Below, in pieces: positions 19,089-28,724 of a DNA stretch of 64,000 nt. The translations under genes and the position numbers were made by a program. Where the stretch lies: positions 1,533,076 to 1,597,075 of the forward strand of contig JBFLYH010000001.1 of NCBI GenBank assembly GCA_040756875.1. Direction: 5' to 3'. This DNA comes from a candidate division FCPU426 bacterium (lineage in GTDB: Bacteria; Oederibacteriota; JAAXVQ01; JAUVAV01). Within the stretch, counting starts at the first letter, position 1. Each line of letters starts with the position of its first letter. The notes beneath the pieces are model-generated. The model was given only the letters and a program-made list of their open reading frames with translations. It did no database searches and was not told the DNA's origin.

Positions 19089-19904
19089 TTAAAGTGTGAA
19101 CTCCCAGCCTTCGCGGGCAAGCACTGTCCGCGGAAAAAGCCGCTGCGCAGGGGCCAATATTTTGCTCTCTAGAAAACGGTCCGAATGCAACTGATCGTGA
19201 TGGCAAAGGTGAAGACGTTTGACACCGGCAGCTTTGGCCAACTCCACCCCTTTTTCCCAGGTGCTATGCCCCCACCCTTTCCGGCCTTGGGCATATTCCT
19301 CCGGCGTATACTGAGCGTCATAGATCAGCAAATCCGCACCCGAACAAAAGGCCAGCAAGCGTTCGTCCATCCCGCTTTCCGGGTGCTCGGTATCGGTCGC
19401 GAAAACGAAACTTTTTCCGCCGGCTGCGAACTTGTAGATAAAGCCGCCTGCCGGATGATTCATGGGGCAATGGCTGACTGTCAGCCCCTCCACTTCCACG
19501 GACTTGTCGTCTGGCAGTGTGTGGAAAATCTGTTCGCTGGGCATTTGCTTGAATTCCACCGGAAAAGTGATGAAATCCTGCTGCCTGTTTAAAATTTCCT
19601 GCACCCGGTTGGACCCGTAATGAATGATGCGGTTGCCGCGAATGAAATTCGGAACAAAGAACGGAAAGCCCATGATATGGTCCCAATGAAAATGGGTCCA
19701 AAAGAATATTACTTCGCCTTTTCCCCTTTTGAAATCCCCTTGCATCAGCTCGTTGCCCAAAATTCTCAACCCCGAGCCTCCGTCCACGATGAACTGGCGG
19801 TTTTTAAAGCGAATGGACAAACAGGTGGTATTGCCACCATATTTGACAGTGGCAGAACCGGGTGTAGGCAAAGAACCGCGGGGACCATAGTATTGGATGC
19901 GCAC
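19089..19904 (-). CDS. MBL-fold metallo-hydrolase
   Basis: GPRGSLPTPG...YGGNT, THFHWDH, TDTEH, DAQY, GWGHS, CHHD. Confidence 0.9.
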   Translation of the reverse strand: MRIQYYGPRGSLPTPGSATVKYGGNTTCLSIRFKNRQFIVDGGSGLRILGNELMQGDFKRGKGEVIFFWTHFHWDHIMGFPFFVPNFIRGNRIIHYGSNRVQEILNRQQDFITFPVEFKQMPSEQIFHTLPDDKSVEVEGLTVSHCPMNHPAGGFIYKFAAGGKSFVFATDTEHPESGMDERLLAFCSGADLLIYDAQYTPEEYAQGRKGWGHSTWEKGVELAKAAGVKRLHLCHHDQLHSDRFLESKILAPAQRLFPRTVLAREGWEFTL

Positions 19905-19969
19905 GCGTCGTCCTCCAATCAGGACTCAGTCCGAAAAGAGCGTGTTATTTTATCAAGCTTGGCTGCAAG

Positions 19970-20533
19970 TCACAACCCTGTTTTTTTATTTTTCGACCAT
20001 TCACGGGCAAGGTTCAAGCCCAGCAGCGTTTTACCGTCCTGGATGCCCTGAGGCTGAAACAGGCCGAACGCTTCGCGCAGGTCCCAGGGCTTGACGCTCA
20101 GGAATTCGTCCTGGTCCGGGCAGGGGTTTCCTTTGCGGACAAGGTCCCAGGCGAGATAAAGGTGAATGACTTCCTGGCAGAATCCCGGCGAAGAATAGAT
20201 GCTGTGCGCCCGTTGCCAGCAGCCGGCGTGGTATCCGGTTTCTTCCTTCAGCTCTCTTTTAGCCGCCGCCAGCGGCGACTCGCCGGATTCAACCAACCCA
20301 GCCGGCAATTCCCACAAGAACCGGCCGACAGCATAACGAAATTGCCGGATCAGCAAAAGCCGGTCGCGGCCGAGCATCGGCACCACGGCCACAGCCGGCT
20401 GATGTCCGACGACTTCCCGCCGATGCCTTTCGCCGCCGGCATCCCGGACCTGGTCCACGTAAAGATCCACTACCCGGCCTTGAAATTGCCGGTGGCGCCG
20501 TATCAGCGTTTCGCGGCGGGGAGCAATACTCAC
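19970..20533 (-). CDS. NUDIX hydrolase (ADP-ribose pyrophosphatase-like)
   Basis: QFRY, ELPAG...AAKRELKEETG Nudix box, SPG, DGKT. Confidence 0.92.
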   Translation of the reverse strand: MSIAPRRETLIRRHRQFQGRVVDLYVDQVRDAGGERHRREVVGHQPAVAVVPMLGRDRLLLIRQFRYAVGRFLWELPAGLVESGESPLAAAKRELKEETGYHAGCWQRAHSIYSSPGFCQEVIHLYLAWDLVRKGNPCPDQDEFLSVKPWDLREAFGLFQPQGIQDGKTLLGLNLAREWSKNKKTGL

Positions 20534-20748
20534 ACCGACTCCACACTCTCGATTTCAGGGATCATCGCCTTTAAACGGGTTTCAATCAGTTGCTTTAGCG
20601 TCAGCGTGGCCATGGGGCAGGATCCGCACGCCCCCTTCAGCCGGACTTTGACGGTATTCCCCTGCACGGCGACCAGTTCCACATTTCCGCCGTCCGCCTG
20701 TAAAGCAGGCCTGATGCTGTCCAACGCTTTTTCGATTCTGTCTTGCAT
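20530..20748 (-). CDS. NifU/NfuA C-terminal domain protein
   Basis: IRPALQADGG...GACGSCP. Confidence 0.93.
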   Translation of the reverse strand: MQDRIEKALDSIRPALQADGGNVELVAVQGNTVKVRLKGACGSCPMATLTLKQLIETRLKAMIPEIESVESV

Positions 20749-20886
20749 GAAATCCTCCTTAAGCTACAGCAAGGTATGAAACTGCCACTCAGGGCAAGGG
20801 GTCTCGAAGACCGCCGATGCCATTATACAAATCCTTCTTTAATCATTCTTTCCAGCCTGTCTTTTCCGTGCCCTCCGCGGTGTTCT

Positions 20887-21297
20887 TTACTTTTTCGGCA
20901 CTTGGACCTCAAACCGGGCAGTGCGAGTCTGTCCGGTTGCCGCAGTAAAAGCAAACGAAATGCTATACTCCCCCGGCCGAGGGAAGTCCACCCAGGCCCG
21001 CCAATCCCTTCCCGGCCCGGGTTTAAGTTCAGGAGCGCGCTGCTCGCCCGTGGCCAATTCCATAACTTCCAGGCGTCCGTCGGTTTCATCCATGATGCGA
21101 TAGTCCCGGTCCTGCACACGCACGGCGAGTTGCTGCTCCCCGACTGCCGGCGCCCGGGGGATGAGATACATGGTCACGATCCCATCCGAAAAACGCATCA
21201 CCCTATAAGCGGGACCCAGCCATAAACCAGCAGCCAATCCCGCCAGCAGGCATCCGGCCGCTATCCCGCTGGTCCGCCACCAAGGGCGGGGGCTCAT
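20887..21297 (-). CDS. Membrane-anchored hypothetical protein (YtkA/FixH-like beta domain)
   Basis: ATG overlaps the metW stop; N-terminal TM helix; FPRPGEY...FEV pattern. Confidence 0.55.
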   Translation of the reverse strand: MSPRPWWRTSGIAAGCLLAGLAAGLWLGPAYRVMRFSDGIVTMYLIPRAPAVGEQQLAVRVQDRDYRIMDETDGRLEVMELATGEQRAPELKPGPGRDWRAWVDFPRPGEYSISFAFTAATGQTRTARFEVQVPKK

Positions 21298-21929
21298 TTC
21301 TCGGTTTGGCGCGTGATCACGAACAAGCCCTCGTCCGCGCGCAGGTTGGGCAGCCACCGCAGCGTTTTCTGACGCGTGCGAAGGCCGCGATTTAAATACA
21401 ACCGCGTCAACACCTGGATCTGGCGTTCGCGGCAAAAGGCGAGAAAATCGTTGATCGTCAACAGATGGATATTCGGCGTATCGTACCATTCGAACGGCAA
21501 TTTGGGCGTGCGGGGCATCCGGCCCGACCAGGCCAGGAGCGCCCGGATGCGCCAATAGGCGAAATTCGGGAAGGAAATGATCGCTCTCCGGCCGACCCGC
21601 AGCATCTCCTCGATGACAAAATCGGGGCGCCGGATCACCTGGAGGGTCTGGTTGAGGATCACATAATCGTACGAATCGTTCCCATAATCGGCCAGCCCGG
21701 CATCGATGTCACCCTGAAACACCGACAAGCCCTTGTGAATGCAGTCGATCACGGCGTTCTGCTCGATCTCGACGCCCATGCCGGAAACCCGGCGCTCGTC
21801 GATCAGACGCTGCAGCAACACGCCGTTGCCGCATCCCAGATCCAGCACCCGGCTGCCGGGTTCCACCAAGGAAACGACCAAGTCATAATCGGACAGCAAT
21901 ACCCCGCCCTGCAACCGCCGCTGGATCAT
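21294..21929 (-). CDS. metW: Methionine biosynthesis protein MetW
   Basis: VLDLGCGNG, GLSVFQGD, SFPNF, WYDTPNIH; coupled to metX. Confidence 0.95.
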   Translation of the reverse strand: MIQRRLQGGVLLSDYDLVVSLVEPGSRVLDLGCGNGVLLQRLIDERRVSGMGVEIEQNAVIDCIHKGLSVFQGDIDAGLADYGNDSYDYVILNQTLQVIRRPDFVIEEMLRVGRRAIISFPNFAYWRIRALLAWSGRMPRTPKLPFEWYDTPNIHLLTINDFLAFCRERQIQVLTRLYLNRGLRTRQKTLRWLPNLRADEGLFVITRQTEK

Positions 21930-23104
21930 GCCCCGGCCTCCCGGCGATAGAGGTTGTCGAGGAAGCTGTCCACCGCCTGATGGAAGGCAGGCGATTCGAG
22001 CAGAAACGCATCGTGCCCGGCCGAGGATTGGACTTCGAGATAGGAGACATCCTTATTGTTCTGGCGCAACGCCTTGACCAAGTCCTTGGATTGCTGGGAA
22101 GGGTACAGCCAGTCCGAGGTAAAGGACACGACCAGGGTCTTGGCCTGGACCCGGGCGCAGGCGCGTGCCAGCGAGCCTTCTCCCCAATCCTGGGCAACGT
22201 CGAAATAATCCATCGCCTTCAGGATGTAGAGATAGCTGTTGGCGTCGAAACGCTGCACGAATTGCGTGCCCTGGTAATGCAGGTAGTTTTCCACTTCGAA
22301 CTCGCGGGTGAATTCGTAGCTGTACTCCGCCTGGTTCTGCAGACGGCGTCCGAATTTCTGGTTCATGGACTCTTCGGACAGGAACGTAATGTGCCCGATC
22401 ATGCGCGCAATGGCCAGGCCGGTCTCGGGCTTGGTTCCGGCGTAGTAATCCCCATGGGCCCAGTTCGGGTCCGTAACAATGGCGTGACGCTGGACCTCGT
22501 TGAAGGCGATGGACTGCGGCGAGGATTTCGCGGTCGAGGCAATGATGATGGCGGACCGGGTCTGGTCCGGATAACGCAGGATCCATTCCAGGGCCTGCAT
22601 GCCGCCCATGGATCCGCCTGCCATGGACAGCAGTCTTCCGATGCCCAATTGGTCCAGAAACAGCTTCTGAACCTTGACCATGTCGGCGATGGTGAGGATG
22701 GGAAAAGTCATGCCAAAAGGCTTTCCCGTGGCCGGATTCACCGAGGACGGTCCGGTCGACCCTTTGCACCCGCCGATGACGTTGGTGCAGATGACGAAAT
22801 ACCGGTTGGTATCGAAAGACTTTCCGGGACCGATCATCAAGTCCCACCAGCCGGGTTTTCGCTCCTCGGTGGAATGATAGCCGGCCGCATGCGCATCCCC
22901 GCTCAATGCATGCAGGATGAGGATGGCGTTGTCTTTGGCCGCAGACAATTTCCCGTAGGTTTCGAAAGCGACCTGGATGGGCTGCAGGCTGCGGCCACAT
23001 TCCAGGCGCAGTCCCTCCGGCGGTAGTTGGATGTCTTGCAGGCGGGTTTGTACCAGGCCCACGGATCCCGCCCCGGCCGCAGGCGCTTTGGTTGTCTCGC
23101 TCAC
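21926..23104 (-). CDS. metX: Homoserine O-acetyltransferase
   Basis: HALSGDAH, GGSMGGMQ, RFDANSY, GHDAFLL. Confidence 0.96.
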   Translation of the reverse strand: MSETTKAPAAGAGSVGLVQTRLQDIQLPPEGLRLECGRSLQPIQVAFETYGKLSAAKDNAILILHALSGDAHAAGYHSTEERKPGWWDLMIGPGKSFDTNRYFVICTNVIGGCKGSTGPSSVNPATGKPFGMTFPILTIADMVKVQKLFLDQLGIGRLLSMAGGSMGGMQALEWILRYPDQTRSAIIIASTAKSSPQSIAFNEVQRHAIVTDPNWAHGDYYAGTKPETGLAIARMIGHITFLSEESMNQKFGRRLQNQAEYSYEFTREFEVENYLHYQGTQFVQRFDANSYLYILKAMDYFDVAQDWGEGSLARACARVQAKTLVVSFTSDWLYPSQQSKDLVKALRQNNKDVSYLEVQSSAGHDAFLLESPAFHQAVDSFLDNLYRREAGA

Positions 23105-23115
23105 AGTCGCTCCAA

Positions 23116-23153
23116 ATAAAAAAATAAGCCTCTCCCTCGCTGGAAGAGGCTTT
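23116..23153 (-). terminator. Riboswitch expression-platform terminator
   Basis: Minus strand AAGCCTCT...AGAGGCTT followed by a T-rich tract, just before the metX RBS. Confidence 0.8.
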
Positions 23154-23178
23154 GGGAACGCCCTGCCTCCACGCCGCT

Positions 23179-23286
23179 CCTTATCTTTCCCGCTGGCGGG
23201 AAAATGGCACCGCGGATTTTCCGGCGCGGAGTCGGAAAACCTGGTTGCCGTGGCGCAGGGTCATCCCCCGTCCACTCCGGATAAGG
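23179..23286 (-). ncRNA. SAM-I (S-box) riboswitch
   Basis: Minus strand CCTTATC-CGGAG...GGCAACC...GGTGCC...AAAGATAAGG (P1 and conserved core), upstream of metX-metW. Confidence 0.92.
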
Positions 23287-23384
23287 CCAGCCGCCTGCGA
23301 GGGATTCCGGCCGCGGCTGATTGGGTCACAGCTTAGCAGAAGCGCTTGGCCCGTGGCAAGATTATTTTAGCTTCCCCTGCGGAA

Positions 23385-24053
23385 TCAACGCTCAGGCGTA
23401 AACACGGCCAGCTGGTTTTTTTCGGAGGGCTCCACTTGGTTTTTTCTGAGGTTTATTTCATTCAACCGCTTCGGCAATTCCCCTTCACGTATGGCATCCA
23501 GGCGTTCAAGCGCCTCCTGCAAACAAGATGGCGGTTCCGGCGGCCATTGGCCGGACCAGGCAGAGGACGGGGTATGGAATTGCCTGACCTTTAATTCCCT
23601 GGCCAGAGACACATGAATTTGCGGCAGTAACAACAGGCGCTCCGGAGCCCAGCCCTTGGCCAGCCATTGGGTCCAGGCCCAGGACTGATCCAGCACCACC
23701 TGGCATCTGCGGTTAAGACCGAAGCGGCGTCTGATCCGGGGCGCCCCATCGCCTGCGACCAGAAACCAGTCCTGCAGTCCAAGCGCCGGGGAACGACCCA
23801 GCGACCATCTCAAATGGGGGTATAAACGGCTGTCAGCCAGGATCGTTGCCCGGTGATTCCAGGCCAGCCTCACCCAGTAATAAGCATTCGTCAACCACGT
23901 GTTCCAGCGCAGGCACCACGGCAGGCGGCCGTGATACCAGACGCGCACGGACCAGCAGCGATCATCCAGATAATCCAGCAAGAGCCTGAGCAGATGGTTG
24001 TCCGTAGAGCGCGAAAGGCCTGTTCCTGCCAAGACGACAATATATCGGTTCAT
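23385..24053 (-). CDS. Hypothetical protein
   Basis: 222-aa ORF with GGAGAGG upstream; no firm family match. Confidence 0.5.
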   Translation of the reverse strand: MNRYIVVLAGTGLSRSTDNHLLRLLLDYLDDRCWSVRVWYHGRLPWCLRWNTWLTNAYYWVRLAWNHRATILADSRLYPHLRWSLGRSPALGLQDWFLVAGDGAPRIRRRFGLNRRCQVVLDQSWAWTQWLAKGWAPERLLLLPQIHVSLARELKVRQFHTPSSAWSGQWPPEPPSCLQEALERLDAIREGELPKRLNEINLRKNQVEPSEKNQLAVFTPER

Positions 24054-24170
24054 CCTCTCCGCCCCCTTCCGCGTAGCGGAGGTAGTATCGGCAAAAAAGC
24101 AGGCGGACTCAACCCGGCCGGCCCAGGGTTCTGCTTGCCTCTGCCCGCCGGCTGGGTTAATATGGCCTTC

Positions 24171-25004
24171 ATGCGGCCTTATCCCTCTTCCTCAACGCAA
24201 TGGAGCATCGGCCGGCCTTGGACGCCGGCTGTAAGGACTTTGATCCTGACCAACCTGGGCGTCTTCCTGCTGCAGATGGTTTTTTCCGGTCATCCCCTTC
24301 TGACCCGGTTGATGCTGGAAGTCCCCGCGGTCTTCACCAGCGCCCGTTGGTGGCAGCCGGTCACGTATCTTTTCCTGCACGGCGGATTCTGGCATCTGGC
24401 TTTCAACATGCTGACTTTGTGGATGTTCGGTTGCGACGTGGAAGAACGCCTGGGGAGCCGCTGGTTTACCTGGTATTATCTTGCCTGCGGGGTGGGGGCA
24501 GGCTGGTGCGTGGCCGGCGTGGGCTGGCTGGCCCACGAAACCTCGGTCACCCTGGGGGCTTCAGGCGCCATTTTTGGGGTCCTGCTGGCTTTCGGCGTTT
24601 TGTTCGCCGACCGCGTCATCACATTGCTGGTTTTTTTCATCCTGCCCGTCACCCTCAAGGCCCGTACCATGGTCTTGTTATTCGGCGCCTTTGAATTTTT
24701 CGCGGGCGTAGGACAAGCGCTGGGGCGGGTTTCGCATCTGGCCCATCTTAGCGGATTGCTGATTGGTTATTTGTTCTTCTGGGTGCGCTGGCCGCAGGCT
24801 GTGGAAGGGTTCATTCCCTGGAGGCGCTGGCGTCCGCCCTGGAGCCGGCCGCGCCTGCACATTGCGCCTTCGGAATCCGAAGTGGATGCAATCCTGGAAA
24901 AAATTTCCCGCCAAGGCATGTCTTCCCTCACCCGGCAGGAACGTGAAATCCTCAACCGGGCCTCGCAAAAAGCCTACGATTCGCGCCAAGATCGGTCGAA
25001 CTGA
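24171..25004 (+). CDS. Rhomboid family intramembrane serine protease
   Basis: TYLFLHG..HL.FNM, GASG, HLAH, short C-terminal EVDAILEKI...G.SSLT domain. Start is ATG 24162 or 24171. Confidence 0.93.
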   Translation: MRPYPSSSTQWSIGRPWTPAVRTLILTNLGVFLLQMVFSGHPLLTRLMLEVPAVFTSARWWQPVTYLFLHGGFWHLAFNMLTLWMFGCDVEERLGSRWFTWYYLACGVGAGWCVAGVGWLAHETSVTLGASGAIFGVLLAFGVLFADRVITLLVFFILPVTLKARTMVLLFGAFEFFAGVGQALGRVSHLAHLSGLLIGYLFFWVRWPQAVEGFIPWRRWRPPWSRPRLHIAPSESEVDAILEKISRQGMSSLTRQEREILNRASQKAYDSRQDRSN

Positions 25005-25021
25005 GCTTAGGCGCTCCTTTC

Positions 25022-25990
25022 TCAGGCTCTCCGCTTGAACGGAATAATTTCTGTCTTGCCGCGATGGGCCGCGGCAGTGCCCGGGCGGCGTCGTTTGGCC
25101 GCGGTCAGGGAAATCACCTTCCGGCGGCTGGAGGCCGTTGAACTCCGACGGGCGGCTGCAGCCCGGCGGGTTCCGGTTTTGGTCGTCCGGCTGGTACGGC
25201 TGCGGCTGGGTTTGCGGGCAACGGTCTTGCGGCGGGTAGCGGTTTTTTTGGCGCTCGCCGCAACCCGGACCACGGGCCGGCTTTCGGTCTCCGCCACGGT
25301 GGGCAAAACCATCTGCTTTCCGGTTTCAGGCTTGTGCACGACCAGCGGCGCCGGTCTCGTTTCCGAGGCCGCTACCGGCCTTTCGACCGGGCGGGCTTCG
25401 GTCAGGGTCCTACCCGGATGCCTCGGTTCCTCTTGTCTGGCCGGGGCGGCGCTCTGCCGCCTTCTGCCGGCCATCCAAATCACCGCCGCCAGTAATACCA
25501 CCACACCGCCCAGTACCACCAGCCATGCGTTTCCTGACTTGGCCGAACGGGAACCCGCTGCTTCGTCCAGAGGGGCGGCTGGCTGCAGGTCGGTCAGCTC
25601 TTTCTGGTCGGATGGAGCGCTCGAGACCGTTCCGCCTTCTTCTCCAGTGGGTTCAGCCGGTGCGCTCTGCTTTTCCATCTGTTCGGTCCGCGCCCACAGG
25701 GTGCTGGCAGGTTGTTCCGGCGGTTGAGCGGCTGCCGGCTGTTTGGCCGTATAGCGGGGGCCTGAATCCGCAGGCGGATGAGACCGTTTGGTCATTGGCA
25801 CCTGTTTGGACACAGGGGTCGGAGTCGCCTCCGGTTGCTCCGGGGTCGGCGCAACCGTTGGTTCGGAGGTGATCTCCGGGGTCGGTGCCATCGTTTCGGG
25901 TTTGGTCGTGCGGGTAGGAGCAGCGCAGGAAATCGTCAATGCCATTATAAAAGCGCTACCCCACAACAGCCAAGGCTTGTTCTGCGGCAT
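25022..25990 (-). CDS. Low-complexity lipoprotein with internal TM helix and basic tail
   Basis: Signal ending ALTISC, Pro/Thr/Glu-rich region, WLVVLGGVVVLLAAVIW, Arg/Lys/Thr-rich tail. GGAGG RBS. Confidence 0.7.
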   Translation of the reverse strand: MPQNKPWLLWGSAFIMALTISCAAPTRTTKPETMAPTPEITSEPTVAPTPEQPEATPTPVSKQVPMTKRSHPPADSGPRYTAKQPAAAQPPEQPASTLWARTEQMEKQSAPAEPTGEEGGTVSSAPSDQKELTDLQPAAPLDEAAGSRSAKSGNAWLVVLGGVVVLLAAVIWMAGRRRQSAAPARQEEPRHPGRTLTEARPVERPVAASETRPAPLVVHKPETGKQMVLPTVAETESRPVVRVAASAKKTATRRKTVARKPSRSRTSRTTKTGTRRAAAARRSSTASSRRKVISLTAAKRRRPGTAAAHRGKTEIIPFKRRA

Positions 25991-26042
25991 GAATTTCTCC
26001 CCTCCGGCGGAATTCTGCCTTGCGGATGTGCTTCTGCTTCCT

Positions 26043-27434
26043 TCAGCCGATCTGATACTCCTTCATTTTATTATATAGGGTTTTGTAATCGATCTCCAGT
26101 TGTTTGGCAGCCAACGAACGGTTCCAGCGGCAGGCTTCAAGGGTCTGGCGGATCACCCGGCTCTCCACGCTGGCTACCTCCTTGCGGACAATGTCCTTTA
26201 AGGTGGTCGCGCCGCCACTTTTGGCTTGGGGCGGGGGCGCCGGGGCAACGGGGGTCAGCTCTCCGAACGCATGTTCCGGCAAATGGGACAGTTCGATCTC
26301 GTCGTCGGCCAACACCACGGCCCGCTTGATGATGTTTTTCATCTCGCGGACGTTCCCGGGCCACTGATAATTCAAAAAGAGGTTCATGACCTCCGGGCGC
26401 AGGCCTTTGACGTTTTTCTTGAAACTCTGGTTGAACATATCAATAAAGTGTTTGACCAGCAGGGAGATGTCCTCCCGGCGTTCCCGCAGGGGCGGAAGAT
26501 GCAGGACGAACTCATTCAAACGGTAATAAAGGTCTTCGCGGAACCGCCCCTCGCGGATGGCCCGCTCCAGGTTGACGTTGGTGGCGGTCACCACTGTTGC
26601 CCGGAATGGCAGTTCCTCTTTGCCTCCCAGGCGCGTAAACCTCCGCTCCTGCAGCACGCGCAGTAATTTGATCTGCACGGCCACGTCCAGGTTGCCAATT
26701 TCATCCAGGAACAAGGTGCCATCGCCGGCTTGTTCGAAACGCCCGATTTTCCGGTTGGTGGCGCCGGTGAAAGCGCCCCGCTCGTATCCGAACAACTCGC
26801 TCTCCACCAGCGTCTCCGGCAGGGTGGCGCAATCCACCGAAACAAAGGGCGACTGCGAGCGCCGGCTGCAGGCGTGCAGGGCCCGGGCGGTCAACTCCTT
26901 GCCTGTCCCCGACTCGCCCCGGATCATGACCGTGATGTCGTGCCGAGCCACCTGTTCGATCGTCCGCAGCAGTTCCTGCATTTTCTTGGATTCGCCCAGG
27001 AGTTGGTCCGTGCTGCGCTGAATGCGGATCTGCGTGCGCAGTGTTTCCACCTCTTGCTGCAACTGCATGGATTTCATCGCGTTCCCCACCGTGATCAGCA
27101 ACTCGTCGAGGTTGATCGGCTTGGAGAGGAAATCATAGGCCCCGAGTTTCATGCATTTGACGGCCACGTCCACGTCGCCCAGGGCCGAAAGCATGATGAC
27201 CTGCACTTCGGGATTCTGGCTTCGCAGCGTTTGCAGGACCTGAATGCCGTCCATGGGCTGCATGCGGATGTCGAGCAGGTACAGATCGAAGCGTTTTTCC
27301 TGGGAGAGTGCGAGGGCGCGGGGGCCGTCCTGGGCGATTTCGGTGGTGTATCCGGCGGCCTGCAGGGCCTGCGAAACCACCAGGCAGTGTTCCGGCTCGT
27401 CGTCCACGATGAGAATATGGCGGTCAGTGGGCAC
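26043..27434 (-). CDS. Sigma54-dependent response regulator (NtrC/AtoC family)
   Basis: Receiver (VDDE, LLDIRM), GESGTGKE, GAFTGA, FLDEIG, WPGNVRE, Fis HTH. No kinase gene in the window. Confidence 0.96.
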   Translation of the reverse strand: MPTDRHILIVDDEPEHCLVVSQALQAAGYTTEIAQDGPRALALSQEKRFDLYLLDIRMQPMDGIQVLQTLRSQNPEVQVIMLSALGDVDVAVKCMKLGAYDFLSKPINLDELLITVGNAMKSMQLQQEVETLRTQIRIQRSTDQLLGESKKMQELLRTIEQVARHDITVMIRGESGTGKELTARALHACSRRSQSPFVSVDCATLPETLVESELFGYERGAFTGATNRKIGRFEQAGDGTLFLDEIGNLDVAVQIKLLRVLQERRFTRLGGKEELPFRATVVTATNVNLERAIREGRFREDLYYRLNEFVLHLPPLRERREDISLLVKHFIDMFNQSFKKNVKGLRPEVMNLFLNYQWPGNVREMKNIIKRAVVLADDEIELSHLPEHAFGELTPVAPAPPPQAKSGGATTLKDIVRKEVASVESRVIRQTLEACRWNRSLAAKQLEIDYKTLYNKMKEYQIG

Positions 27435-27543
27435 GAGGGTGGAGCCTCCACGTTTGGATCGACTGCTTCCACATTCTATGCGGAAAGGCCGTGAACAGGC
27501 AAGCCTTTCGTAGGAAAACCGGCGCGCGGCCAGGCAGGATGCT

Positions 27544-27617
27544 TGGAGGCGGCACTCGGAATCGAACCGAGGATGAGGGTTTTGCAGACCCTAGCCTTAC
27601 CACTTGGCGATGCCGCC
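27544..27617 (-). tRNA. tRNA-Cys(GCA)
   Basis: GGCGGCATCGCCAAGTGG...CT-GCA-AA...GGTTCGATTCC...GCCGCCTCCA. Confidence 0.96.
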
Positions 27618-27659
27618 TAAAAAATCAGCCGGCCGCGGGTACGGCCGGCAGGGATTCGC

Positions 27660-27734
27660 TGGAGCGGGAAATGGGGCTCGAACCCACGACATCTACCTTG
27701 GCAAGGTAGCGCTCTACCACTGAGCTATTCCCGC
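27660..27734 (-). tRNA. tRNA-Gly(GCC)
   Basis: GCGGGAATAGCTCAGTGG...TT-GCC-AA...GGTTCGAGCCC...CCCGCTCCA. Confidence 0.96.
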
Positions 27735-27803
27735 TGATGGACGGTCGTCAACTTCTCCCTGACAATACGGGGCAAATGGCCATTGCGTCGACCGCAGGGG
27801 CAC

Positions 27804-27832
27804 ATTGTATGGATTACACCCCTGCTTGTCAA
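27804..27832 (-). promoter_or_regulatory. Sigma70-type promoter of tRNA-Gly/tRNA-Cys
   Basis: TTGACA-17 nt-TACAAT on the minus strand. Confidence 0.75.
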
Positions 27833-27888
27833 GGATTGTTGCAGGGTGCCGCCCCTTCCTCGCTCCCTGTCAGGTTCACGGATGAGGG

Positions 27889-28713
27889 TCAAGCGTCCGG
27901 CTTCAGGCCCAGGTCATTGCCGACGCCGTCGACGATCCCTTCATCCACGGTTTCCTTTTTCACCAGGTAGCTTTCCAACAGGCAGTTGTCGCATACCGTA
28001 TTGATCAGGCGGGGGATGCCGCGGCTGTACAAGTAAATCTTTTTATACGCCCCGGGGGCGAACAGGTCACGCTGCCCGCCGGCGATCGTCACACGGTGCC
28101 GGACATACTCGGCCACGTCGTTTTCCTGCAGGCTTTGCAGCGTAAATTTCAGGGCCACGCGCTGCTGCAAGGGAGGATCGAGCGCGATGTTTTGTTCCAA
28201 CTCCGGCAACCCGAAGAGATTGATGGACAGCAATTTTTGCCCGGGCGCCTCCAGATTCAACAAACCCCGGAACTCCTCAAAAATCTCCCGCGTCAGCAGC
28301 ATGTTCGCTTCGTCGATGATCACCACGGCCTTGCGCCCCTGCTCGTAGATTTCCATCAAACGTTCGAAGAGCTGGGGCAGTATGACTGCCTTTTTCTCGC
28401 CGGGTGTCTTGACGCCCAGTTGCGAGGCGATTTTACGCAGCAGCCATTCCGCGGTGATCTCCGAGTGGACGATGACCAGCAAGGCCGCCTCGAATTTGGA
28501 GTCCGTCTCCAAATTCTCCAGCAGTTTTCTGGCCAGGAGTGTCTTTCCGCAGCCGATTTCGCCGACCATGACCGAAAGACCCTTCATGGTGTTGATCGCA
28601 TGCATCAACCGCACCAGCGCCTCAGAATGCTGGCGGCTTTCATAAAAATAACGGGATTCCGGCGCATTGGAAAAAGGCTGCTCCCGCAAACCGAAAAACG
28701 TCTCGTAACTCAA
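27889..28713 (-). CDS. ExeA/GspA-like AAA ATPase (ATPase domain only)
   Basis: YETFFGLREQPFS, GEIGCGKT, IIDEA, GLPEL, SRGIPRLIN. Confidence 0.9.
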   Translation of the reverse strand: MSYETFFGLREQPFSNAPESRYFYESRQHSEALVRLMHAINTMKGLSVMVGEIGCGKTLLARKLLENLETDSKFEAALLVIVHSEITAEWLLRKIASQLGVKTPGEKKAVILPQLFERLMEIYEQGRKAVVIIDEANMLLTREIFEEFRGLLNLEAPGQKLLSINLFGLPELEQNIALDPPLQQRVALKFTLQSLQENDVAEYVRHRVTIAGGQRDLFAPGAYKKIYLYSRGIPRLINTVCDNCLLESYLVKKETVDEGIVDGVGNDLGLKPDA

Positions 28714-28724
28714 TGGTTCCTCCT

